Below, one piece after another: positions 1-10,289 of a DNA stretch of 15,892 nt. This DNA is from Octopus sinensis (taxonomy: Eukaryota). Both the position numbers and the translations under genes were made by a program. The notes beneath the pieces were generated by a model. That model made no database searches and was not told where the DNA came from. It saw only the letters and a program-made list of their open reading frames with translations. The stretch is from positions 1 through 15,892 of the forward strand of contig NW_021825838.1 of the NCBI RefSeq assembly GCF_006345805.1, read 5' to 3'. Each line of letters starts with the position of its first letter. Position 1 is the first letter of the stretch.

Positions 1-121
1 ATACACAATGTAAGATTCCAATACCTTATGAGTAAGATTCAACAGTATTTAAAATTGGTCATTCCAAGTACAGAATTTATACACTAGGGGTTTTTTTTCT
101 TATCTCATTACGCAAAAAATT

Positions 122-169
<48 letters not shown>

Positions 170-579
170 CATACATATAAAAGTAATCAATTTAATGTCA
201 GATTATAGAGTGATCATGGTTCTGCATTCACAAGCATTTGTAGATGCACAACATTTGGTCACTCTATGACTGGATGTAAGATTCCAATCTATGTAAGATT
301 CCAATACTTTGTGAGAAAAATCCAGCAGTATTTAAAATTGTTTATTCCAAGTTTAAAGTTTATACACAATGTAAGTTTCCAATACCTTATGAGTAAGATT
401 CAACAGTATTTAAAAGTGGTCATTCCAAGTACAGAATTCATACACTATGTTTTTTCTTATATATATATATACATATACATACATATAAAAGTAATCAATG
501 TCAGATTATAGAGTGATCAATGGTTCTGCATTCACAAAGCATTTGTAGATGCAAAACATTTGGTCACTCTATGACTGGA
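1..579. repeat. Local tandem duplication (period about 361 bp) built from about 79-bp subunits plus a (TA)n microsatellite
   Basis: 1-275 matches 362-579 (atacacaatgtaag...tggtcactctatgactgga). An extra diverged subunit (atgtaagattccaatac...tatacaca) lies at about 290-368. The (TA)n tract is long at 124-177 and shorter at about 458-486. Confidence 0.85.
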
Positions 580-979
580 CATCAACTCAATAACTTTAAT
601 AAATTAGTGCCCAATGTTTACACACACACACACAAACATATATATATATAAATTTTACTTTCAATAGCTAGAAGTGAGACATACTACTGATGACACCCAC
701 ACACACATATAACTCCATCCCCAACCTCTTGACACCTTCCATACATCATCTCTTACTTTGTGTGGGATTTTTCCTTGCATCTTGTCACCAACATCTTAGT
801 TTCATCCCGGATACTCCCACCCACACTTAGGTAAAAGTATGTTAACTATGTATCTTCTCTATAGCAAAACATTTCTTCCTTGGTGCAAAATCACGTCCCA
901 GGCCCTTTATTAAACTCTCTCCTCCCACTTAACGAAGTGAACTGCTTTTTTTGTCTTATTTTTTCATATCTTACAAGTT

Positions 980-1085
980 ACTTGGCAACCCCTCACTAGT
1001 GCTGGTAGTAAGAAACAAGCACCCAGTACACACTGCGAAGTTGCTAGCGCTAGGAAGGGCATCCAGCTGTGGAAACAATAGCAAA
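980..1085 (+). mobile_element. Decayed fragment of an RTE-related SINE/LINE 3' region
   Basis: aagcacccagtacacact...aggaagggcatccagctgt is the reverse complement of the motif acagctggatgcccttcct...gtgtagtgggtgcttt at about 11800-11855. Confidence 0.55.
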
Positions 1086-1109
1086 GTTGACATGTATTGA
1101 TGAGGAATA

Positions 1110-1172
1110 TGAGGGAGGGAAGGAGGAAGCAGGAAGGAGGAAGCAGGAAGGAAAGACGAATGGATGGATGGT
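1110..1172. repeat. Purine-rich compound microsatellite (GGAA/GGAAGCA/GGAT)
   Basis: gagggagggaaggaggaagcaggaaggaggaagcaggaaggaaag...ggatggatgg seen directly. Confidence 0.8.
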
Positions 1173-2178
1173 TGGACGTGTACGTACATAGATAAATGTA
1201 CACGCACATTCTTAAGTACAGACAAACATGTTTGTATCACTTTTAATTAAACTTATTTTTCGTTTGGTAGTTATAGTGTTGGAGTCTTTCGTTGCAGGAA
1301 TGTAAACAAACTAACAATGGTTTTCGAACACTTATAGGAGAAACACACACACATCTCCATCCCACCTTGCTCCATCATCACTGTCTGACAAGTTTCGTTG
1401 GTTTCTTTCCGTACCTGACGCTTTGGGGGTTCGGTAACAGGATAGCGTAAAAGAAGCAACAGACATGAAAAGAAGCAGTCAGTTTCTAGTTTTCTATCTT
1501 TTGTCACCATTCGGATTGTTTTTTTATTACATTTCACATTTTCAGAAAGTAATTATAGCAATAAAAATCGTAAAAATTTACCACTTGAGTTTTCGCATCA
1601 GACAATTGTGGAATAATATAAGGTTTTACAATGGTCGGATATTTAGTTCATTTCGTTGTCATTCCGTGTCGCTTTTCTGATGTCTCCTTAACTTATATTT
1701 CCTGCGAAATCCACTCCTTTGGGTGATTAACGTTAATTCACATTAAACTGGATTTATTTATGATACGAGGTAAGATATAACACATTTCTTTAATAAAAGC
1801 CAACGAACCCGGCTACTTGACAGTGAAAGTATTAAATATTGCTAGTCTGACATCGATATAAATTCTGTACCCCGGTAAACTTCTTTAATTAGGCAAATAA
1901 AATCTAAATTGTATTTTATTTGGTATTGCCACGAAAAAGCACCAAATTTCTAATTACTTTTATTACAGTAAATATTCCATTTGCTAATTGTCCCCATCCA
2001 AAGCCGTCTATTGTTTTATCATAAAATTATCACTTGCTACATATCTCTGCGGTTTTTTCTGACAAAATGATCCACGTTAATAGTTTAAATGTTTTTTTGC
2101 ATTGCAATCGTCTTCATTGCTCTCATACATATAATCAATTAATTCCATTTATAGATTGTATGTTCTAACTAAAGTGTT

Positions 2179-2400
2179 TATGTTTGGTTGTTCGCTGGAA
2201 TTGAACGGATTAGCAAACGTCGCTTTGTTGTTCCTGTGACTGGTCAGAAGCGTGACAAAGCAACATTGCTTCCACTAATTCAAAAATACATCAAACCTGG
2301 CTCAGTTATTTACAGTGATTCTTGGACGGCTTCCAAAGATATACAAACATTGGGTTCTCAGAATTACATGATAAACCACAAAGAAAACTTTGTTGACAGC
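2179..2400 (+). mobile_element. Merlin / IS1595 (ISXO2-like) DDE transposase remnant
   Basis: The translation WLFAGIERISKRRFVVPV..RDKATLLPLIQKYIKPGSVIYSDSW..INHKENFVD fits the family pattern W(V)FGGIER / RxxxTLxxxI / PGSxIxSDxW / VNHxxxFVD. It is a fragment only, with no ATG start and no TIR pair found. Confidence 0.85.
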
Positions 2401-2908
2401 ATACATGCACCCGGCGATTTTTAATAGCCTAGTATTCCTTCAAACTATCTACACCTGTACCTGGCCAGATATTTATTTATCTCTGCTAGAGAAAAATGAA
2501 TGATGCTACACCAATTTTTTTAGCTTGTATTAAATAATTTTGACCTCATAACCCATTAAAATAATTGCTGTGTTTTGAACTTATCTCTCTGCTTTTATAT
2601 AAAATATTGCGTGTGTAGGCATGTATAAATTCATATAAAGAGAGATATTTTAAAAGTGTCCCGTATATATTGTTTTCTAATCTGGCAACCCTATCCAAAC
2701 ATGTCCCTTATGAGCCTATACAATTGATGATACAGCATAGAATTCACACTTGATCAATGTATGATAAAAGTTACACATTTCTCCAAACTAATCTACAATA
2801 AATGTTTGTTTTGAAGTTATATAATTTGATGGCATTTTTTAATATACAAAATACCAGATATTTCAAAAAATAACTCTTAGCACCTTTTCAAACTCCACCA
2901 GCCTAATA

Positions 2909-3220
2909 TCAGAAAACAGCACAGCTCCAATGACTTTCGGAAACATTTTTTCACGCTAAGAATTGCTGAAGCATGGACCAAACTTCCGGCATCAGTTGTT
3001 AGTTGTTGGAGCACTGCATCCTTCAAAACTTCCATGCTTCCTTAGATTCGCCAACACTACACCTGATTTTCTCCCCTCCATACACACGCAAGCATGTATC
3101 TGACTCATACACTGTTCACTTCCCAGACATTTGTACATTACTGCATATACTTTATACGCACTTTTGACAAGTTGTTGTGCACCTGAGCACTGTATACAAT
3201 AATTTCATTATTATTATTAT
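2909..3220 (+). mobile_element. CR1-like LINE 3' end with (ATT)n tail, 5'-truncated
   Basis: Encodes RKQHSSNDFRKHFFTLRIAEAWTKLPASVVSC, the typical CR1 ORF2 end (FFxxRxxxxWNxLP). It ends in cattattattattat and matches the reverse complement of 12265-12555. Confidence 0.85.
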
Positions 3221-3499
3221 AGATGCTAAGGTGCAGTGATGAGAGATAAATAAATGGATAAGTTTGTTCATTAAATGCTAATGATGGTGGTTATCTAGTG
3301 AATATGTGACGGATCTAGTTAGTAGATGGTAACCATGTGAGAGTGAATGTGTGGAAAATATATTTCCCAGTCACTGATAAAATGTGAGAATATAACAATG
3401 GTAGGAAATTCTCAACAGAACTGAACAGCAGAGGGTCTTCAGAGTCAAAACCCCACTGAGGCAAGTCTTTTGCTCCCTAACTTGTTACATTCTACCAAC

Positions 3500-3870
3500 T
3501 ATTTCTAAGTTACCACTCGCTCTCCCCTCCACATTTGACAGCATCTATTTTCTTGTATTTATTGCACATGTACATCTACTACTTTTCGTGTTGACGTTCC
3601 TCTAATATTGCTGCACATCTTATGTATCCATAACTTGCACTGGCTACACCTTATCGAGTTTCTTCATATTCCTTTTCCATATTTCAATCAGGGCCATTTC
3701 CCTATAAGATTTGTCCGCTTACTAACTTATTAAGACTTTGGTCTCTGCCAAATTAACTCTAAGGACCACTAATTGCAGACCCTGCTTACACACCTGAAAT
3801 CTCTTTTCTCTTGCTGGTATTGATTCAGCTGTAAGATGATCAGCATAGAGGGTTTCACAGGGGCAGCCCA
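3500..3870 (-). mobile_element. Old, decayed RTE-type reverse transcriptase fragment with a Cys/His insertion
   Basis: Manual minus-strand translation gives GCPCETLYADHL-TAESIPAREKRFQVCKQGLQLVVLRVNLAETKVLIS (decayed YADD and VNxxKTK motifs), then GKWP*LKYGKGI*RNSIRCSQCKLWIHKMCSNIR. It carries stop codons and is absent from the ORF track. Confidence 0.75.
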
Positions 3871-4345
3871 GTATGTGTGTGTGTATTGTGGTTAGTGACT
3901 AAATTATAGTGATGTTTATGTTTGATCTGTTCTAACGGTCATGACACTCGTGAACACTAATTTCCTAAATAGATCTACTCAGTGAAGGGTGACCTAGGCC
4001 TAAACAACAGTGACTTATCATGTTTCCTAAGACAGTACAACGTTATGATCCAGTATTTGGTAGTTTAGCATTTTACATAATACTTGAAGGTGGACGAGCT
4101 GAAGTCTGTGCATATGTGGACATTACACAAGGTTGTATAATATAATTGTAATAACAAAATAAATTTTAAAGACTAATTATTGGGGTAAAAGTTTCTTTCC
4201 ACAGTTTATCATTATCATATCACCTGAAAGGTTCAGCTTCCTCTTTTCATCATTTCATGTCTGACGTCCATACTGGAGCAGTTTGATGGTTTGAGCAGGG
4301 CTGGCAAACTGCAGAGCTACAGCACCCTCCTGTCTGATTTATGAT

Positions 4346-4975
4346 TTCTTCTTCTTCGTCTTCTTACAGCATTCACCCGGGGTAGGTTGAGCTGGCTTCA
4401 TTCATCCTCAATGTTGCATCTCTCACAAACGCTGACCAGGCCTGGCGATTTGAGGCTAACGACCTCGTGATCTCCAACCACTCCTTATTTCAGCGGCGAA
4501 CGGCGTAGATATGGGGGCCTAGGTTGGGTTCCAGATCAGCCAGGTTTTTCGTTGTCCACCACATCGCTTTCGCCAACCCTGAAGGGGAGCTGGGGCAATT
4601 GCTTCGTAGGTTGGGTTCCAGATCAGCTTTGACTGTCATCAGCCAGGTTTTTCATTGTCCACCACAACACTTTCGCCAACCCTGAAGGGGAGCTGGGGCA
4701 ATTGCTTCATAGGTTGGGTTCCAGATCAGCCTTGACTGTCATCAGCCAGGTTTTTCGTTGTCCACCACATCGCTTTCACCAACCCTGAAGGGGAGCTGGG
4801 GCAATTGCTTTGTAGATGAATTCTGGTTGATGACGGAGGGCATGACCCAGCCAACGCAGACGTCTCGTTAGGATGACTTGTCGGAGGGAGGTGATTCTGC
4901 ACTGGTGTCGCACCGAATTGTCAGAGACAAAGTGATGCCATCGGACACGAAGGATGCGGCATAGACACTTCACAG
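4346..4975 (-). mobile_element. RTE-clade LINE 3' fragment with (AAG)n tail and an internal tandem triplication
   Basis: ORF 4776-4973 gives KCLCRILRVRW...RRLRWLGHALR, an RTE ORF2 C-terminal motif. The ORF end reads ...RDATLRMNEASSTYPG* near 4375-4425, followed by an AAG-repeat tail (plus strand ttcttcttcttcgtcttctt). Confidence 0.85.
4521..4813. repeat. Three tandem copies (87, 103 and 103 bp) of part of the LINE ORF2 3' region
   Basis: aggttgggttccagatcagc starts at 4521, 4608 and 4711. The first copy lacks 16 bp between two atcagc motifs. Confidence 0.92.
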
Positions 4976-5269
4976 GGTACTTTTATGTGAATCCACGTAC
5001 TTGCAATTTCACTTTGATGAAGAACAATCACAAGTGCTTGGGGCCACCAGGGGGATGAGTCTGAACATTTCTGCTGTGGAGTATGGGTCTTTATCATATC
5101 ACCAGAAAAGTACTCTGTCCTGACTTTGCTCATCCACACTTCTTCCATCTACTTTGAAAGATCGGCAATTCTTTACAGAACTGTTTTTGTCCGGCTGAGT
5201 TGTTAAGGTAAATGTTTATCTCAATAAAAGTGAGTCTGTATATTTTAAGTAGTTTCTACATTTTACACT

Positions 5270-5290
5270 GTTGTTTCTCTATAATTTCAG
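5270..5290 (+). promoter_or_regulatory. Putative 3' splice acceptor of the ZNF exon
   Basis: gttgtttctctataatttcAG has a pyrimidine tract plus CAG and is identical in the paralog at 15487-15507. Confidence 0.65.
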
Positions 5291-5307
5291 AACGTCAGGT
5301 GACAGAA

Positions 5308-8300
5308 CATCATCATCTTCATTGTTCGTCCGTGGTCGAGACAATGGAATTTACCATGCTATGCCAGACTTCACGGTCCATCATAGCATTACGGAGGTCC
5401 TGTTGCTGGATGCTTGTATCCCTGGAGATTACATCAGGGTAGGAGAGTGTGCACCCTCTGGTATCGCGACCGTGGTCGAGACAATGGAATTTACCATGCT
5501 ACGCCAGACTTCACGGTCCATCATAGCATTACAGAGGTCCTGCTGCTGGATGCATGTATCCCTGGAGATTACATCAGGGTAGGAGAGTGTGCACCCTCTG
5601 GTATCGCGACCGTGGTCGAGACAATGGAATTTACCATGCTATGCCAGACTTCACGGTCCATCATAGCATTACGGAGGTCCTGTTGCTGGATGCATGTATC
5701 CCTGGAGATTACATCAGGGTAGGAGAGTGTGCACCCTCTGGTATCGCGACCGTGGTCGAGACAATGGAATTTACCATGCTACACCAGACTTCACGGTCCA
5801 TCATAGCATTACGGAGGTCCTGTTGCTGTATGCCTGTATCCCTGGAGATTACATCAGGGTAGGAGAGTGTGCACCCTCTGGTATCGCGACCGTGGTCGAG
5901 ACAATGGAATTTACCATGCTACGCCAGACTTCACGGTCCATCATAGCATTATGGAGGTCCTGTTGCTGGATGCATGTATCCCTGGAGATTACATCAGGGT
6001 AGGAGAGTGTGCACCCTCTGGTATCGCGACCGTGGTCAAGACAATGGGATTTACCATGCTACGCCAGACTTCACGGTCCATCATAGCATTACAGAGGTCC
6101 TGCTGCTGGATGCATGTATCCCTGGAGATTACATCAGGGTAGGAGAGTGTGCACCCTCTGGTATCGCGACCGTGGTCAAGACAATGGGATTTACCATGCT
6201 ACGCCAGACTTCACAGTCCATCATAGCATTACGGAGGTCTGTTGCTGGATGCATGTATCCCTGGAGATTACATCAGGGTAGGAGAGTGTGCACCCTCTGG
6301 TATCGCGACCGTGGTCAAGACAATGGGATTTACCATGCTACGCCAGACTTCACAGTCCATCATAGCATTACGGAGGTCCTGTTGCTGGATGCATGTATCC
6401 CTGGAGATTACATCAGGGTAGGAGAGTGTGCACCTCTGGTATCGCGACCGTGGTCAAGACAATGGGATTTACCATGCTACGCCAGACTTCACAGTCCATC
6501 ATAGCATTACGGAGGTCCTGTTGCTGGATGCATGTATCCCTGGAGATTACATCAGGGTAGGAGAGTGTGCACCCTCTGGTATCGCGACCGTGGTCAAGAC
6601 AATGGGATTTACCATGCTACGCCAGACTTCACAGTCCATCATAGCATTACGGAGGTCCTGTTGCTGGATGCATGTATCCTGGAGATTACATCAGGGTAGG
6701 AGAGTGTGCACCCTCTGGTATCGCGACCGTGGTCAAGACAATGGGATTTACCATGCTACGCCAGACTTCACAGTCCATCATAGCATTACGGAGGTCCTGT
6801 TGCTGGATGCATGTATCCCTGGAGATTACATCAGGGTAGGAGAGTGTGCACCCTCTGGTATCGCGACCGTGGTCAAGACAATGGGATTTACCATGCTACG
6901 CCAGACTTCACAGTCCATCATAGCATTACGGAGGTCCTGTTGCTGGATGCATGTATCCCTGGAGATTACATCAGGGTAGGAGAGTGTGCACCCTCTGGTA
7001 TCGCGACCGTGGTCGAGACAATGGAATTTACCATGCTACGCCAGACTTCACGGTCCATCATAGCATTATGGAGGTCCTGTTGCTGGATGCATGTATCCCT
7101 GGAGATTACATCAGGGTAGGAGAGTGTGCACCCTCTGGTATCGCGACCGTGGTCAAGACAATGGGATTTACCATGCTACGCCAGACTTCACAGTCCATCA
7201 TAGCATTACGGAGGTCCTGTTGCTGGATGCATGTATCCCTGGAGATTACATCAGGGTAGGAGAGTGTGCACCCTCTGGTATCGCGACCGTGGTCAAGACA
7301 ATGGGATTTACCATGCTACGCCAGACTTCACAGTCCATCATAGCATTACGGAGGTCCTGTTGCTGGATGCATGTATCCCTGGAGATTACATCAGGGTAGG
7401 AGAGTGTGCACCTCTGGTATCGCGACCGTGGTCAAGACAATGGGATTTACCATGCTACGCCAGACTTCACAGTCCATCATAGCATTACGGAGGTCCTGTT
7501 GCTGGATGCATGTATCCCTGGAGATTACATCAGGGTAGGAGAGTGTGCACCCTCTGGTATCGCGACCGTGGTCAAGACAATGGGATTTACCATGCTACGC
7601 CAGACTTCACAGTCCATCATAGCATTACGGAGGTCCTGTTGCTGGATGCATGTATCCCTGGAGATTACATCAGGGTAGGAGAGTGTGCACCCTCTGGTAT
7701 CGCGACCGTGGTCAAGACAATGGGATTTACCATGCTACGCCAGACTTCACAGTCCATCATAGCATTACGGAGGTCCTGTTGCTGGATGCATGTATCCCTG
7801 GAGATTACATCAGGGTAGGAGAGTGTGCACCCTCTGGTATCGCGACCGTGGTCAAGACAATGGGATTTACCATGCTACGCCAGACTTCACAGTCCATCAT
7901 AGCATTACGGAGGTCCTGTTGCTGGATGCATGTATCCCTGGAGATTACATCAGGGTAGGAGAGTGTGCACCCTCTGGTATCGCGACCGTGGTCAAGACAA
8001 TGGGATTTACCATGCTACGCCAGACTTCACAGTCCATCATAGCATTACGGAGGTCCTGTTGCTGGATGCATGTATCCCTGGAGATTACATCAGGGTAGGA
8101 GAGTGTGCACCCTCTGGTATCGCGACCGTGGTCAAGACAATGGGATTTACCATGCTACGCCAGACTTCACAGTCCATCATAGCATTACGGAGGTCCTGTT
8201 GCTGGATGCATGTATCCCTGGAGATTACATCAGGGTAGGAGAGTGTGCACCCTCTGGTATCGCGACCGTGGTCAAGACAATGGGATTTACCATGCTACGC

Positions 8301-9975
8301 CAGACTTCACAGTCCATCATAGCATTACGGAGGTCCTGTTGCTGGATGCATGTATCCCTGGAGATTACATCAGGGTAGGAGAGTGTGCACCCTCTGGTAT
8401 CGCGACCGTGGTCAAGACAATGGGATTTACCATGCTACGCCAGACTTCACAGTCCATCATAGCATTACGGAGGTCCTGTTGCTGGATGCATGTATCCTGG
8501 AGATTACATCAGGGTAGGAGAGTGTGCACCCTCTGGTATCGCGACCGTGGTCAAGACAATGGGATTTACCATGCTACGCCAGACTTCACAGTCCATCATA
8601 GCATTACGGAGGTCCTGTTGCTGGATGCATGTATCCCTGGAGATTACATCAGGGTAGGAGAGTGTGCACCCTCTGGTATCGCGACCGTGGTCAAGACAAT
8701 GGGATTTACCATGCTACGCCAGACTTCACAGTCCATCATAGCATTACGGAGGTCCTGTTGCTGGATGCATGTATCCCTGGAGATTACATCAGGGTAGGAG
8801 AGTGTGCACCCTCTGGTATCGCGACCGTGGTCAAGACAATGGGATTTACCATGCTACGCCAGACTTCACAGTCCATCATAGCATTACGGAGGTCCTGTTG
8901 CTGGATGCATGTATCCCTGGAGATTACATCAGGGTAGGAGAGTGTGCACCCTCTGGTATCGCGACCGTGGTCAAGACAATGGGATTTACCATGCTACGCC
9001 AGACTTCACAGTCCATCATAGCATTACGGAGGTCCTGTTGCTGGATGCATGTATCCCTGGAGATTACATCAGGGTAGGAGAGTGTGCACCCTCTGGTATC
9101 GCGACCGTGGTCAAGACAAGGGATTTACCATGCTACGCCAGACTTCACAGTCCATCATAGCATTACGGAGGTCCTGTTGCTGGATGCATGTATCCCTGGA
9201 GATTACATCAGGGTAGGAGAGTGTGCACCCTCTGGTATCGCGACCGTGGTCAAGACAATGGGATTTACCATGCTACGCCAGACTTCACGGTCCATCATAG
9301 CATTACGGAGGTCCTGTTGCTGGATGCATGTATCCCTGGAGATTACATCAGGGTAGGAGAGTGTGCGCCCTCTGGTATTGCAACTGTGGTCAAGACAATG
9401 GAATTTACCATGCTATGCCAGACTTCACGGTCCATCATAGTATTACGGAGGTCCTGTTGCTGGATGCCTGTATCCGTGGAGATTACATCAGAGTAGGAGA
9501 GTGTGTGCCCTCTGGTATCGCGAGTAGATGGCTTCCAGAGGAGAAGAGTAGAAATTGCCTCGTTTTCAGCTCTACAACAATGTCCAGCAAACTGGATTCT
9601 TCTACCTTTCACAAGAGATGACACAGGTGGTAGTTTCCCATATATTTGTACTTTGGTTGGATGACGCTTCCACGAGAGATTTTGAGCTCTCATAAGGAGG
9701 CGAGTGTAGGTTCCATCCAACCGCCTCTCAAGCTTCTTTGATAACGTCCAGGTTTATGAGCCATATAGTAGAATTGGTTCGACTGTGGCTTTGAAGATTT
9801 CAAGTTTGAAGTCTCTACTTAGATTTGATGACCAGATCTTATGCTTGTCATTACAGGCTGACCAGGCCATACCCTTTCTAGTTAGAAAGTATTTTCCAGT
9901 TGATGATATGTATGACCCAAGATATTTGTAATCAGAAACCATATTTAAGGGCACATTGTTGTTGTTGTTGTTGTT
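5308..9975 (-). mobile_element. 5'-truncated RTE-group LINE with its 3'-terminal 140 bp amplified 30-fold; 9-bp TSD GTGACAGAA (5299-5307 and 9976-9984)
   Basis: 9954 to 9524 encodes DYKYLGSYI...ATVEPILLYGS*TWTL...LDGTYTRLLM...RRIQFAGHC (RT thumb and C-terminus, one in-frame stop at 9754-9756). The frame continues into the array unit and ends ...SIVSTTDEQ* (TGA at 5319-5321) followed by a (GAT)n tail. The empty site is visible in the paralog at 15508-15545. Confidence 0.93.
5330..9523. repeat. Tandem array (satellite) of 30 x 140-bp units
   Basis: cgtggtc(g/a)agacaatgg recurs at 5331, 5471, 5611 ... 9245, 9385. Six units are 1 bp short. The central units are essentially identical. Confidence 0.98.
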
Positions 9976-9976
9976 G
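9956..9976. repeat. (TTG)7 microsatellite at the 5' junction of the LINE
   Basis: ttgttgttgttgttgttgttg lies between the LINE coding sequence and the right TSD, and is absent from the empty paralogous site. Confidence 0.9.
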
Positions 9977-10289
9977 TGACAGAAGAAGCAACCTCAGTAT
10001 CTACAATGTTTTAAAGACTAAAGGAAAATATCATAGAAAACAAACATATAATATTGTTTCTATAAATCTGTGAAAGAATTCGTTTGAAACATTTTGCTCT
10101 GAAATAATATTATTAGCCAAATTTCTGAACATTGCTGACTAGAGTGACAAGAAAAGAAGCTTGTGTGCAGATAAAGATTGGATAAAGTAGAAATTTATGT
10201 AAGCAATAAAGTAAAAAAACGAAGGCAGGAAAAATATATCAACTGGGATTTGAGAGGAAAAGTAAAAGAAATTGATTTCCCCTGAACGC

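Larger units (their letters stand above)
4211..5213 (-). mobile_element. Old RTE-related element, interrupted by a younger LINE, with a candidate 7-bp TSD GTTTATC
   Basis: 4247-4340 resembles the catcatttaac..tccatgctggcatggg..ggtttga element at 11693 and 12136, and gggtactttttatgtg at 4975 resembles 11845. GTTTATC occurs at 4204-4210 and 5214-5220, while the paralogous region reads uninterrupted acagtttatctcag at 15431-15444. Confidence 0.5.

Noticed and set aside
2179-2424. Bacterial IS or contamination
   Set aside because: It is embedded among eukaryotic SINEs, LINEs and microsatellites, and eukaryotic Merlin elements account for the IS1595-like motifs.
6238-9121. Six 1-bp deletions in array units that produce longer ORFs (176-195 aa)
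   Set aside because: Five are shortened C runs and one is next to a G run, typical of long-read consensus error; they were not treated as biological frameshifts.
5330-9523. CRISPR-like array
   Set aside because: There are no unique spacers, the whole unit repeats, no cas genes are present and the context is eukaryotic.
5330-9523. Retrozyme or hammerhead-ribozyme multimer, or a tandem 5S/tRNA/snRNA array
   Set aside because: The minus strand has CTGATGT rather than the CTGANGA core and the unit has no GAAA partner. I recognise no structural RNA gene, and the unit is explained as LINE ORF2 sequence.
5212-9621. About 30 overlapping plus-strand ORFs (mostly 102 aa)
   Set aside because: They are artefacts of a 140-bp unit (not a multiple of 3) read antisense to LINE coding sequence; each ORF just cycles through frames until the same stop.
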